A DNA stretch of 64,000 nucleotides from Mobula hypostoma (Eukaryota), in the NCBI RefSeq assembly GCF_963921235.1, contig NC_086109.1:31312001-31376000 (forward strand), in the 5' to 3' direction. The position numbers and the translations under genes are program-made. Below, in pieces: positions 1 through 10,919 of the stretch. Position 1 is the stretch's first letter. Every line of letters begins with the position of its first letter. The notes below the pieces were generated by a model that saw only the letters and a list, made by a program, of their open reading frames with translations, was not told the DNA's origin and did no database searches.

Positions 1-793
1 ATCCACTTTGGTGGCAAAAATAGGAAAACAGATTATTATCTGAATGGTGGCCGATTAGGAAAAGGGGAGGTGCAACGAGACCTGGGTGTCATTATACACC
101 AGTCATTGAAAGTGGGCATGCAGGTACAGCAGGCGGTGAAAAAGGCGAACGGTATGCTGGCATTTATAGCGAGAGGATTCGAGTACAGGAGCAGGGAGGT
201 ACTACTGCAGTTGTACAAGGCCTTGGTGAGACCACACCTGGAGTATTGTGTGCAGTTTTGGTCCCCTAATCTGAGGAAAGACATCTTTGCCATAGAGGGA
301 GTACAAAGAAGGTTCACCAGATTGATTCCTGGGATGGCAGGTCTTTCATATGAAGAAAGACTGGATGAACTGGGCTTGTACTCGTTGGAATTTAGAAGAT
401 TGAGGGGGGATCTGATTGAAACGTATAAGATCCTAAAAGGATTGGACAGGCTAGATGCGGGAAGATTGTTCCCGATGTTGGGGAGGTCTAGAACGAGGGG
501 TCACAGTTTGAGGATAGAGGGGAAGCCTTTTAGGACCGAGGTTAGGAAAAACTTCTTCACACAGAGAGTGGTGAATCTGTGGAATTCTCTGCCACAGCAA
601 ACTGTTGAGGCCAGTTCATTAGCTATGTTTAAAAGGAAGTTAGATATGGCCCTTGTGGCTACAGGGGTCAGGGGGTATGGAGGGAAGGCTGGGTTCTGAG
701 TTGGATGATCAGCCATGATCATAATAAATGGCGGTGCAGGCTCGAAGGGCCGAATGGCCTACTCCTGCACCTATTTTCTATGTTTCTATGTTT
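1..793 (+). mobile_element. CR1/L3 LINE, 3' part (young copy, runs off the window start)
   Basis: ORF 70-699 carries the CR1 ORF2 C-terminal motifs LYKALVRPHLEYCVQFWSP, RRLRGDLIETYKI and FFTQRVVNLWNSLP; the copy ends in a (TTTCTATG)n tail at about 775-793. Confidence 0.95.
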
Positions 794-795
794 CA

Positions 796-1300
796 AAGAC
801 AGCTTCATGCAGAGGAAGTGCAATGATTCACACAGCAGGAATCCCTCCCAAAACTAAGTCCCTTTAGTAAACTCATTCCCTTTCTTGATTCTGATGGGCT
901 ACTGCAAGGTGGAGGATACATTAAGAAGGCACAACCCACTTCAGAGGTAACTCACCCAGTTATCTTTCTGGGCGAGATCCATGTCACCCCTCGACTCATA
1001 AAACATTCCCATGAGCAGGTATATCATCGTCATCGAAGCCAACATTTTCAAAGAGAGAACGGTAAAAGACAGTGTAGTGGAACTGTTTCTGAGGCTATCC
1101 TTCTTTTACCAAACACTTAGTGAGTGGTCACTTGAGTTATAGTTCCATTAGTTAAATTTGACATCCTATGGATGCCCGGTAAGAGGTATTCTGACCTCTT
1201 GTGGCACAGTTCAGTTTGTATGCTCATCATCCTATAAGTAAGCTATTCAGTATACCATTTCCTGTGCATGTTAATGTTGTATTTCATTTGAAGCATACAG
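796..1300 (+). mobile_element. BEL/Pao LTR retrotransposon remnant, internally deleted
   Basis: About 858-1028 translates to SPFSKLIPFLDSDGLLQGGGYIKKAQPTSEVTHPVIFLGEIHVTPRLIKHSHEQVYH, resembling the BEL pol motif L.PFLD.DGLLRVGGR...HP.IL...H. It is followed by VSEAILLLPNT* (about 1085-1120), which resembles the BEL pol terminus. Confidence 0.65.
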
Positions 1301-1322
1301 TGGGAAGACATTATTCTTCATT

Positions 1323-2283
1323 CATCACTGTACACCCATGATTGTGTAGCCAAGTTTCCATCGAACTTAATATCTAAGTTTGCTGATGGCACCACAATTG
1401 CAGGCCGTATCTCGGGTAATGATCAGTTTGAATACAGAGAGGAAATTGAGAACCTGGTGGCATGGTGCGAAGACAATAACCTATCCCTCAATGTCAGCAA
1501 AACGAAGGAATTAGTTGTTGACTTCAGAAGGAGTAGCGGACTGCACGACCCCATTTACATCAGTGGTGCGCAAGTGGAACAGGTCAAAAGCTTTAAGTTC
1601 CTCGGGGTCAATATCACAAATGACCTGACTTGGTCCAACCAAGCAGAGTCCACTGCCAAGAAGGCCCACCAGCGCCTTTACTTCCTGAGGAAGCTAAGGA
1701 AATTTGGCCTGTCCCCTAAAACCCTCACTAATTTTTATAGATGCACTGTAGAAAGCATTCTTCTGGGGTGCATCACAACCTGGTATGGAAGTTGTCCTGT
1801 CCTAGACCGCAAGAAGCTGCAGAAGATCGTGAACACAGCCCAGCACATCACACAAACCAATCTTCCGTCCTTGGACTCAGTTTACACTGCACGCTGTCAG
1901 AGCAATGCTGCCAGGATAATCAAGGACACAACCCACCCAGCCAACACAATTTTCGTCCCTCTTCCCTCCGGGAGAAGGTTCAGGAGCTTGAAAACTCATG
2001 CGGCCAGATTTGGGAACAGCTTCTTTCCAACTGTGATAAGAGTGCTGAACAGATCCTGACCCGGATCTGGGCCGTACCCTCCAAATATCCAGATCTACCT
2101 CTCAGTTTTTTGCACTACCTTACTTTCCCTTTTCTATTTTCTATTTATGATTTATAATTTAAATTTTTAATATTTACTATCCAGTGAGCACGAAGAGCAG
2201 AATCAAATATCGCTGTGATGATTGTACGCTCTAGTATCAGTTGTTTGGTGACAATAAAGTATAAAGTATAAAAGTATAAAGTA
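1323..2283 (+). mobile_element. Rex1/Babar LINE, 5'-truncated
   Basis: KFADGTT followed by ORF 1457-2059 (WCEDNNLSLNVSKTKELVVDFRR, KKAHQRLYFLRKLRKF, FYRCTVESIL); (AAGTATA)n tail at about 2257-2283. Confidence 0.92.
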
Positions 2284-2527
2284 TTTGCCCTTGAAACTCA
2301 ATATCTATGAGTCTTAAGCTTGTTGATATTGTTAAACAATTAATAGATATATTTGAAGGAAGTATTATATTTAAATTTATCGCTATATCATAGGTTTCCT
2401 TTTTGTTACACTGTGTTGTTATGAAGTGTTGCGTATGTGTACTATCTTGGATAACAGTATTGACAGTATTTTCAAGCACGATACAATTCTGTATTGAACT
2501 TAACATATATTTTACTTAACTCTGCAG

Positions 2528-2618
2528 TTTCACAGAAAATCGATTTCATTAAAAACCCTGAAGAAATCTTCAGCGTCAGATGATTCTTGGGAAGTTGTTT
2601 AGCTCGCTACATAGCTAT
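2528..2618 (+). pseudogene. Pseudo-exon E1
   Basis: ttttacttaactctgcag acceptor, AT|gtacgt donor; phase 1 to 2; SQKIDFIKNPEEIFSVR*FLGSCLARYIA. Confidence 0.65.
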
Positions 2619-3080
2619 GTACGTACACACAGTAAGGGCAGTAGAATAGCTTTTAAAGCTATACTGGAATCAATAGAAAAGTGTCTAGTCACTCTAAAAA
2701 TCAGTTAATTTTGTAATATTTTTGAAAAACCTGTAGTGCAAATTAATGCAGCTGGCCTAGCTATCTAGTGATGATGACTTGGGAGTAGATTTATTAAAAT
2801 AAAATCATTTAGCTAAAGCTCAGACAAGATTTAATAATATACACATTCACCTTCTGAAAATGGTGTGCTCATGACAAGGGTATGTGCTCATTTAATTCAG
2901 ATTTAATCAATCAAGTATGTTCCCTTTTGTCTATTTGTTATGTATTTTTTTCCGAAACATTCTTAAATTTCTTCTTAGATCTAAATTATTTTCTAATGAG
3001 CACATTACACTTGGCATTACATTTTGCTTTCCATGGTATTTATTTACCTTTGGGGACATTCTATTTATTTGTTGTGTCAG

Positions 3081-3164
3081 GTGAACTAACTATTTAGGGA
3101 CAGATGATGATCGTAACAACAAAGTGGCATTTATTCTTTATTGCATAGTGCAGCAAATGAGAAG
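3081..3164 (+). pseudogene. Pseudo-exon E2
   Basis: ttatttgttgtgtcag acceptor, AG|gtaaac donor; phase 2 to 2; M*TNYLGTDDDRNNKVAFILYCIVQQMR. The other two frames have 3 or more stops. Confidence 0.7.
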
Positions 3165-3423
3165 GTAAACTACAAGCTACAGAATATTGTTATATTAAAA
3201 GTGAACAGATTATGAGTATTAGCAGTCACAGCATCAATCATAAATGTTTAACGTCTTTCCACAAGTAGACAATGCTCAGGAAGATAGAATACTATGTACA
3301 AAAATACCCTACCAGCATCACAATAACAACCTAAATACAATTCATCAGATACACCAATGTTTCTCTTCTTTCATGAATAATTCTCAAAGCCTATAATAGC
3401 AGGGAATTTCTTTGTATCTACAG

Positions 3424-3515
3424 ATGGAAGGCAATGGAAATGTCATAGATGGTATGCAGTTATATTTCAAAAGAACAGTTAACTTGGTGTAAAGTGCTTT
3501 CAGATGTCCTGCAAG
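3424..3515 (+). pseudogene. Pseudo-exon E3
   Basis: tttctttgtatctacag acceptor, CAAG|gtttat donor; phase 2 to 1; RWKAMEMS*MVCSYISKEQLTWCKVLSDVLQ. Confidence 0.6.
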
Positions 3516-3709
3516 GTTTATGAAATTTACAATAAAAATACCTTTCTTCATTATACATGCAATTTATACCAATAATATCCAGTACTAGTTTAATGCGGAA
3601 TATCTGGACATAAAGCAAGGCATTTCTTGCTGAACAATCTACCAATGATCTGGCCATCTGATCCTTTAGTATCTGTCCTGCCTGCTTTGTATTACTGCCA
3701 TATCTACAG

Positions 3710-4176
3710 GTGACAGTCTGTGGGGTGAAGCTGTGCCCCATATTCCCCAAACTATCTGTAAACAAGGTTTAAAGTTGCTCCCAGTGCTGTCACTGAAACC
3801 ATGAAGTGCACCCTTGACATTTTTTTTTAAAAATGAGGTCCTGATATTTAGATCGCATAACAGCAACCCAAAAGCGTCTGTGACAACTTTATTTTCTGTT
3901 GTGCTGTGTACCTACATGAGTGGATGGACCTGCTGGAAGGCAGCAACAACAGATGGGAAGTAGAAACGGACAACCAAATGGGAATGCAAAATGCAGATTT
4001 TGTGATCTGTTGGGAAGTCTGGGATGTCATCAACCATAATTATTTTTTTTTGCTGAGACTGACTAAGCACCATCGTTACACGGTTGCATGCAGAGGTCTG
4101 CAATCAAAGATGCTTTTATCTCCGTGCAACACATTTACAGCCAGGGACGTTTACAGTAGAATATAAGGGAAGAAAG
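3710..4176 (+). pseudogene. Pseudo-exon E4 (probably frameshifted)
   Basis: ccatatctacag acceptor, AAG|gtaatt donor. Starts GDSLWGEAVPHIPQTICKQG; contains an open frame of about 100 codons (3861-4166, ...YLHEWMDLLEGSNNRWEVETDNQMGMQNADFVICWEVWDVINHNYFFLLRLTKHH...). Confidence 0.65.
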
Positions 4177-4489
4177 GTAATTGGGTTAAAAATATGAGAA
4201 AAGCAGATATAAAAGTTATAAAAAATTATAAAGTTACAATTATAAAATAAAAAAGATGTAAAAAAAAATGTATCAAGAAGTAGCAAAGCAGATTTACCAT
4301 GGATGTAAATGTACACTTTCATCTGGAAATAGGCAAATCTATTTTAAGAAAACATAATAATAAAAAAAATTAACCTTCTATGAAGCATGTCCAATAGGTA
4401 AACGCAACAGGGATAAAGGACAATAAGGTGAATATAATTTGAAATAAAAGTGGGTTGTAATAATTGTTGAGAGGATTAAAATGGAAGTA

Positions 4490-6119
4490 CAGGTGTCCCC
4501 ATTTTTCGAACGTTCGCTTTACAAACCCTCACTGTTACAAAAGACCTATATTAGTACCCTGTTTTCGCTTTCAGTAAGTGTTTTCACTGTTACAAAGAAA
4601 GGCAGCGCGTGATAAAAAAATCAGAGCGCGATAAAAGGCAGAGCGCACCCCAAGCAGCCGCTCTCTCCTGGATTCTCGCCGGCATTGCTGAAACACGTTG
4701 CATTGAGCAGCCGTTAGCAAGATGAGTTCTAAGGTGTCGGAAAAGCCTGAAAGAGCTCTTAAGGGTGTTACACTTAGTGTAAACTAGACATAATTAAGCG
4801 TTTCAATCGTGGTGAACGAAGCAAGGACAAAGTGAGTTTGGCTTGTGGAAGCTGACGAAGATGATGTTGAAGAGGTTTTGGCATCCCATGACCAAGAACT
4901 GATAGATGAAGAGCTGATGCAATTGGAAGAGGAAAGGATAACAATCAAAACCGAATGCAGTAGCGACAGTGAAGTCGTCCAGGAACTGAACGTGAAGCAA
5001 CTGTGTGAGATTTTCGCTGCAATGATAAAGTATGACTTTAATTTTGAAAGGGTACGTAGGTTTAGGGGATATTTGCAGGATGTCTCAAGTCATTACAAAG
5101 AAATGTGTGATAGAAAAATTCTCAAGGCTCAGCAGTCAAGCAAGCCTTCGACGTCAGCCACAGCAGACGATGAACCTCGACCATCGACATCGAGGCAGGC
5201 AGTCATAGGAGAAGATGAGCTGCCTGCCCTGATCGACGATGAGATGACACCCCCGTGTCCCACCACCCTAACCCCCAGGCCCCAGACAGATACTGTACCA
5301 ATTTGCGGAGAATGCAGCGGTAGCCGGGAGGCACACACCACATCTTTAAGAAAAAAGCTGAAATAAACATGCTAATTAATTAGGTGCCACCTAACACGTA
5401 ATTGTCGGCCAAGATCAGTGCCGATGCAATCAGCAATTGCCTCCGATCTGCGCCGACATTTACGTGCCGGGCAGCACCTAATTAATTAGCATGTTTATTT
5501 CGGCTTTTTTCTTAAAGATGTGCTGTGTGCCTTCCGGCTACCCCTGCGTTCTTTGTGGCAATGTATCAGTCGGTGGCCTGGAGGATGGGGGCCACTGCAC
5601 CACCCCAACCTGCGACAACTCAGTCTAACACACCATCATCAGTGTGCTCGATGTCTTCCCAATTCCCGTAAGTGATACTACACTGTACATATATTGCTTC
5701 GACTTTATATAGGCTGTGTATTTTTACGTGTTATTTGGTAGATTTGGCAGCTTCATAGTTTAAAGGTTACTGGAGAGCACGTTTATGCCAACAGCGCTTG
5801 TGTGAGATTTTCTGCCGAGAGCGCTTGCGGGAGATTTTCGCTGCGGAGATCTGTGCAGGCAATCGTTGTAGAGAAGTACAGTATTTCTACTTTATATAGG
5901 CCGTGTATTTATCATATCATTCCTGCATTTACTATATGTTACTGTTATTTTAGGTTTTATGTGTTATTTGGCATGATTTGGTAGGTTATTTTTGGGTCTG
6001 CGAACGCTCACAAAATTTTCCCATGTAAATAAATGGTAATTGCTTCTTCGCTTTACGACGTTTCGGCTTACGAACCATTTCATAGGAACGCTCTACCATC
6101 GGATGTAGGGGGAAACCTG
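4490..6119 (+). mobile_element. Tigger/pogo DNA transposon, internally deleted
   Basis: ta|CAGGTGTCCCC...GGGGAAACCTG TIRs. The N-terminal CENP-B-like HTH (MSSKVSEKPERALKGVTLSVKLDIIKRFNRGERSKD, from 4722) is joined to the acidic C-terminus (EDDVEEVLASHDQELIDEELMQLEE); the DDE core is absent. Confidence 0.88.
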
Positions 6120-6139
6120 GATGTTCTTTCTGCCTTTAA

Positions 6140-6313
6140 TACTGCCATTCATATCATGTGTGGAAATATGGCTTTGCAACTCTGGTTGGGCTGATGTAGA
6201 ACACTACTGGGGAACAACACGTCCTTAACCTTTCAAAGGTTGAAACATCAGTCAGTAATTTTGCTTTAGTAACTTCAGAAATTCTGGGGTAAACCATGGG
6301 GAGGCACACCCTG
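6140..6313 (+). pseudogene. Pseudo-exon E5 with apparently mutated acceptor (AG>AA)
   Basis: ttctttctgcctttaa upstream, CTG|gtgagt strong donor; phase 1 to 1; VLPFISCVEIWLCNSGWADVEHYWGTTRP*PFKG*NISQ*FCFSNFRNSGVNHGEAHP. Confidence 0.6.
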
Positions 6314-6619
6314 GTGAGTTGACGGTTTGATCCCACCAGCAGTTGGCAATCTTCTCCTAAGTTTTGTCTTTGTTTGCTTCCAATGTGATTGACTTTTAAT
6401 TTTTGTTACTGCAATAAAATATAAGTAAAACTGGAAGGACAAGGAAACTGTCTGCAAGTTGACGCTGAATTCCCACAACCACTTCCTTAGGGGAATCAGA
6501 AGTACATGACAGCGATGCCAACAACCTGTGAATAAATTAAAACAAATCTCACTCTGAGCATCAGTTTGTCAAAAATATATCAGCAAGATCACACTGCATT
6601 ATGATCTTGCCTATCACAG

Positions 6620-6834
6620 CACCTGGTATGAAAAAAGGATATGGCTACAACCCAATGAAGTAATCCTTTTACCAAAGCATCCTGTAATGCCATTCTGTTC
6701 TGGTTCATGTGAGATTTATACCATCTCAACAACTAGGACCTGGGAGCTATTATCATAACATAGACAGAACAGTTCACACTACCTCAGGAAGAACTGTTCG
6801 AGATCAGTTTATTAGACTGACAGGGAAAACTGAT
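6620..6834 (+). pseudogene. Pseudo-exon E6
   Basis: cttgcctatcacag acceptor, GAT|gtttat donor; phase 1 to 0; APGMKKGYGYNPMK*SFYQSIL*CHSVLVHVRFIPSQQLGPGSYYHNIDRTVHTTSGRTVRDQFIRLTGKTD. Confidence 0.65.
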
Positions 6835-7053
6835 GTTTATTTGATTGCCTGGGCTAATTTAACTTTAATATTTTAACTGGACATATTGGTGTCAAATACT
6901 ATTATGCTAGTAGAAAGAATATTCAAGTTTTTGAAATGAATGTCTTAATCGCTGTCAAGAACATGTGAATATCTAAATATGATTGAAAGAGCCCGTCACG
7001 CTTAAATACTTATTTTGAATATTCAGGGATGTTTGTTTTTTCTGCCATTACAG

Positions 7054-7138
7054 TCTCATAGGGAATTTATTGATTACCAATTCATATATTTCTGGATAAC
7101 CTTTAAGGATCTTTCAATGTCGTTTTGAAAAGGAATAA
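7054..7138 (+). pseudogene. Pseudo-exon E7
   Basis: tttgttttttctgccattacag acceptor, A|gtaaac donor; phase 0 to 1; SHREFIDYQFIYFWITFKDLSMSF*KGI. Confidence 0.7.
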
Positions 7139-7307
7139 GTAAACTAATGCTTCAAACATTATTCATATCCTGTGCACAATTGGGAGCATATTGCAAGCAA
7201 TCCAAAATTTTAATTTATCTCTGTCATGAATCTTGCTGTATCTCATTTAGCACTTCAAATTGGTTCCATAAATCAAACTGCTTAGCAGATAGTTTCTGTT
7301 TTTTAAG

Positions 7308-7373
7308 ATAGGAATTCCAACTTGGTTTGCCTATTCAGTGCATTTAAATTGCTTTGTACTGTTGGGTTCTTGG
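7308..7373 (+). pseudogene. Pseudo-exon E8
   Basis: tttctgttttttaag acceptor, G|gtatgt donor; phase 1 to 1, no stop; NRNSNLVCLFSAFKLLCTVGFL. Confidence 0.7.
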
Positions 7374-7565
7374 GTATGTGATGAGGAACTCGGTCCCCTC
7401 TATCTACTCAATGCAAATGATTAAGGTGTAACTATAGCTAAGTGTCACAATAAATCAAAGTGGTAATTTGCACTACATATCATGATTTATTCAGAAAATG
7501 TTGGACTCTGTCCAACAAGGCCTGTTTCAGAGTCACCCTCACAATACTCATGGGATCCAAGAGTA

Positions 7566-8124
7566 CTCTCAGAGGCCACTTTATTAGGTACACTTGTACT
7601 TCTGCTCATAAATGCAAATATCTAATCAGCCAATCATGTGGCAGCAACTCAGTGCATAAAGCATACAGGCATGGTCAAGAGGTTAGGGTTTTGTTCAGAC
7701 AAAACATCAGAATGGGGAAGAAATGTGATGTAAGTGACTTTGACAACAGAATGGTTGTTGGTGCCTGATGGGATGGTTTGTGTATTTAAGAAACTCCTGA
7801 TCTGGGATTTTCACGTACAACAGGCCCTAAAGTTTACAGAGAATGGTGCGAAAAACAAAAAGGGCACCCAGTAATGTTTGTCTGTGGGTGATAATGTGTT
7901 GTTAATGAGAAAGGTCTGAGGAGAATGTCCAGACTGGTTCAAGCTGACAAGAAGGCAACGGTACCTCAAATAACTATGCGTTACAACAGTGGTGTGCAGA
8001 AGAGCATCTCTGAATGCACAACACGTTGAACCTTGAAGTGAATGGGCTCCAGCAACAGAAGACCACGAACATACACTCATGAGCCATTTCATTAGAAGGT
8101 ACCTAATTAAGTGGTCACTGAACA
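7566..8124. mobile_element. Tc1/mariner non-autonomous element
   Basis: TA-flanked TIRs CTCTCAGAGGCCACTTTATTAGGTAC...GTACCTAATTAAGTGGTCACTGAAC; remnant of the Tc1 transposase N-terminus (MGKKCDVSDFDNRMVVGA). Confidence 0.85.
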
Positions 8125-8249
8125 TAAGTCAGGGAGAGGAAGAGAGAGATGCCTTTGATATGTAAGTGGGATTTGGGATTTAGGGGGAACGAAACAGCAA
8201 AATGTCAATCCTGTAATGGAGGGAGGAAGGGGCAAGGGGTGGGTTGTGA

Positions 8250-9930
8250 AACTGAAAAGAAGTGATCAGCAAGAGAAATTGAAAACCGGAGTACATCTTA
8301 GATGGTGGAAAATTAAAATGTAACTGGCTGTCTATCCGTGAGGACCAATGTCTAGGTACAATGGGCAATTAGATAGATAAATATTTTGACTTTTACTGCA
8401 AGACCATATCAGTAGAAAAGTAAAGGCATTTTACTGCATTTATGAAACCGTACCTGTAGTATTGTGTACAAATCTCATCTCGCTACCTAAAGAAAGATGC
8501 ACTTGCAATAAGGGAGTGCAACAGTTCACCAGTTTGATTCCTGAGAGGTGTGATGGATGAGTTTAAGTTTTGTCATACAAGGAAAGATTAAACACGTTAG
8601 GCCATATTCCCAAGAGAACAGAAAAATGAGAAGTTATCTCATTGGAACATATTACATTCTTACTGAATTTGACAGAGTATATACAGAGATATTGTATTCA
8701 CTTGGGGTGTCTAGAACCATGCGTTGCAATCTCACCAGGTCAGTCAGTCTTAACTGATGAGAAGAAATCTCTTTACTCAGATGGTAGTAAATCTTTGACG
8801 GGCTTTATCTAAGGCACTGAGAAGTCTTAGAATACAATGTGTTCTGTTCAAATATCAAAATATTTATTCACGAAGTGCCACATGATTAGACCAGGTTACC
8901 ACAGGACATTGGATCTAATTCTAGTGGTAGTGAAATTATTGAAATCAATTCTGAGGAATGGGATTAATCTACAAGTGGAAAGACAGGGATTAATCCAAGT
9001 TACTCAGCATAGCTTTGATGGCAGAAGATCCCATCGAACTAAATTGATGGTACTCTTATTTAATAAAGTAACAAAATATATTGATTAGGGTAGGCAAATA
9101 ATATCCACTTAGAGTTCAATAAGGCCTTCGATAATATAGGACCAAAAAGTTAGAGCTCATGGGATCCAAGACAAGTTAGCAGTTGGAATCAAAGGTTGGT
9201 GTGGTAATAGGAGGTAAAGAAGAATGGTGGATCATTGCTTTAATGATTGGATGCCTAAGACAAGTGGTTATGGGCTTCTGTCACTCCAGCATCATAGACA
9301 ACCAAACCATCCACCATCATACTACCTACCATCACCAATAATCACAGCATCATTACTGGGAGGCAAACTGTTTATTATGTGTGTTTGCATATGAGTGCAG
9401 AGATATATGTGATTAATAAATGTGAAGATGACATGTTAATTGGTGATGTTGTTGATAGTTGGGAGAACATTCTTAAGCTACAGACTAATGTTGATCAACT
9501 AGAATGGATAGTTAGGGTGGTAAAGAAAGCAAATGGGGCACAGAATGCAAGAGCATGGTGATGATGGTGGAGCAAAATGAAACTTTGGTTTGGGTTTTGT
9601 GTGAGATTCTGGCCACTACAAGATAGGAATGACATAACTTTGCAGGAGTGGATGCAGAGGGGATTAACCTGGGAGGTTATATTGGTTATGAGGAAAACTG
9701 GATAGGCTGAATTGGTTTTCCTTGGTGCAAAGGAGGACTGACGAGGAAAATAACAGACATATACAAGACTATAAGAGACAGAGGTGGTTAGTTCTCTCCA
9801 TAAAGATGTCTTACAGGTTTAAAGTGAGGGGCAAGAGAGTTTGGATAATCTGAGGAAAATAAGGTAACTCAACAAACAAGAGTCACAATTTAAAACATAC
9901 CGCCTGACGATGTTAGTGGAGGCAGCTACT
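8250..9930 (+). mobile_element. Old, degraded CR1 LINE fragments
   Basis: Degenerate CR1 ORF2 motifs, e.g. VVVKLLKSILR...QHSF and INKCEDDMLIGDVVDS, plus YCVQ- and RxDLI-like segments. Confidence 0.7.
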
Positions 9931-9940
9931 CTGACATTCT

Positions 9941-10135
9941 ATTTATTTATTTATTTGGAGATACAGCTCAATAACAGGCCCTTCTAACCCAACAAGCCCA
10001 CACTTTCCAATTATATCCATGTGACCAACTAAATCAGTAATCTGTATGTTTTTGAAATGTAGGGGGAAACCAGAGCACTTGGAGAAAGTCCACATGATCA
10101 CAGAGAAAACTTGCAAGCTCCTTTTAGGAAACAAG
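9941..10135 (-). mobile_element. V-SINE/HE1-like SINE fragment
   Basis: Reverse complement of the V-SINE central domain (TTTCTCCAAGTGCTCTGGTTTCCCCCTACATTTCAAAAAC) with an (AAAT)n tail. Confidence 0.7.
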
Positions 10136-10919
10136 GATACTGCAGGAAAATGATACTGAGGTAAACAATCAATTCTGATTTTATTGAGTGGCAGAGCAGG
10201 TATGAATATATAAATTGCCCCTTCTTGATTCTACTTCTGTCACTCTTTATTGTATGTGGATTCTTGAGTGAGAGCTATAGAGTGAGGTAGGGATAGTCTC
10301 AGATCATGTTCAATTCATGTTGCTGATAGAAGCTGAAATAAGGTTTGTCAGTATTTTACAGCTGGTCAGAATGAGCCAGCCAGCAGATAGAAACCCCAAG
10401 TGGTTGTGTAGACAGATGTTTGCAGCTGCATATCCCCAGTAAATCCACAAGTTTGTTTTGCCTTCGGAACACCCAGCCTCTGACACTGAACTGTTCATGC
10501 TTTCGGCATCCGAGACAGCAATGGATCTCGCAGAACTGGTGACTATCTGTGGGAGAGACATACGGAGGGAGAAATGACATCTGTAAAAAATACAAGCTGC
10601 TTCAGCACTTTGATTGAGATATTTGTGGGGGAGCAACTAAAGTCACAGAGCTTAATGTCAGAACTCGAGCTTAATTTCTAAATATCACCCACCGCACCCA
10701 CTATTGCCAAAACCATAAACCATAAATGCATCAGACAGCATCAGGGACAATAAACTTTAAGACATCCAGATCACCTGTCAGGAGAATAAATATCAGACAC
10801 ACTGTAAATTAGCTGCAGGATGTGAAACTCCAATGCTATTGAACTTGCATAATAAATGTCCAAATCAAGTCTAATCTTGAAGTGACTATTGGAGCCCAAT
10901 CAAAAAATGGCACCAGGAA

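Noticed and set aside
2528..2602. Terminal exon ending SASDDSWEVV* (LIR-like motif)
   Set aside because: A different frame of the same exon is the one phase-compatible with E2 and has fewer stops.
4845..5366. 173-aa acidic ORF as a host gene (TIGD-like)
   Set aside because: It lies inside a TIR-bounded Tigger element and lacks the DDE domain.
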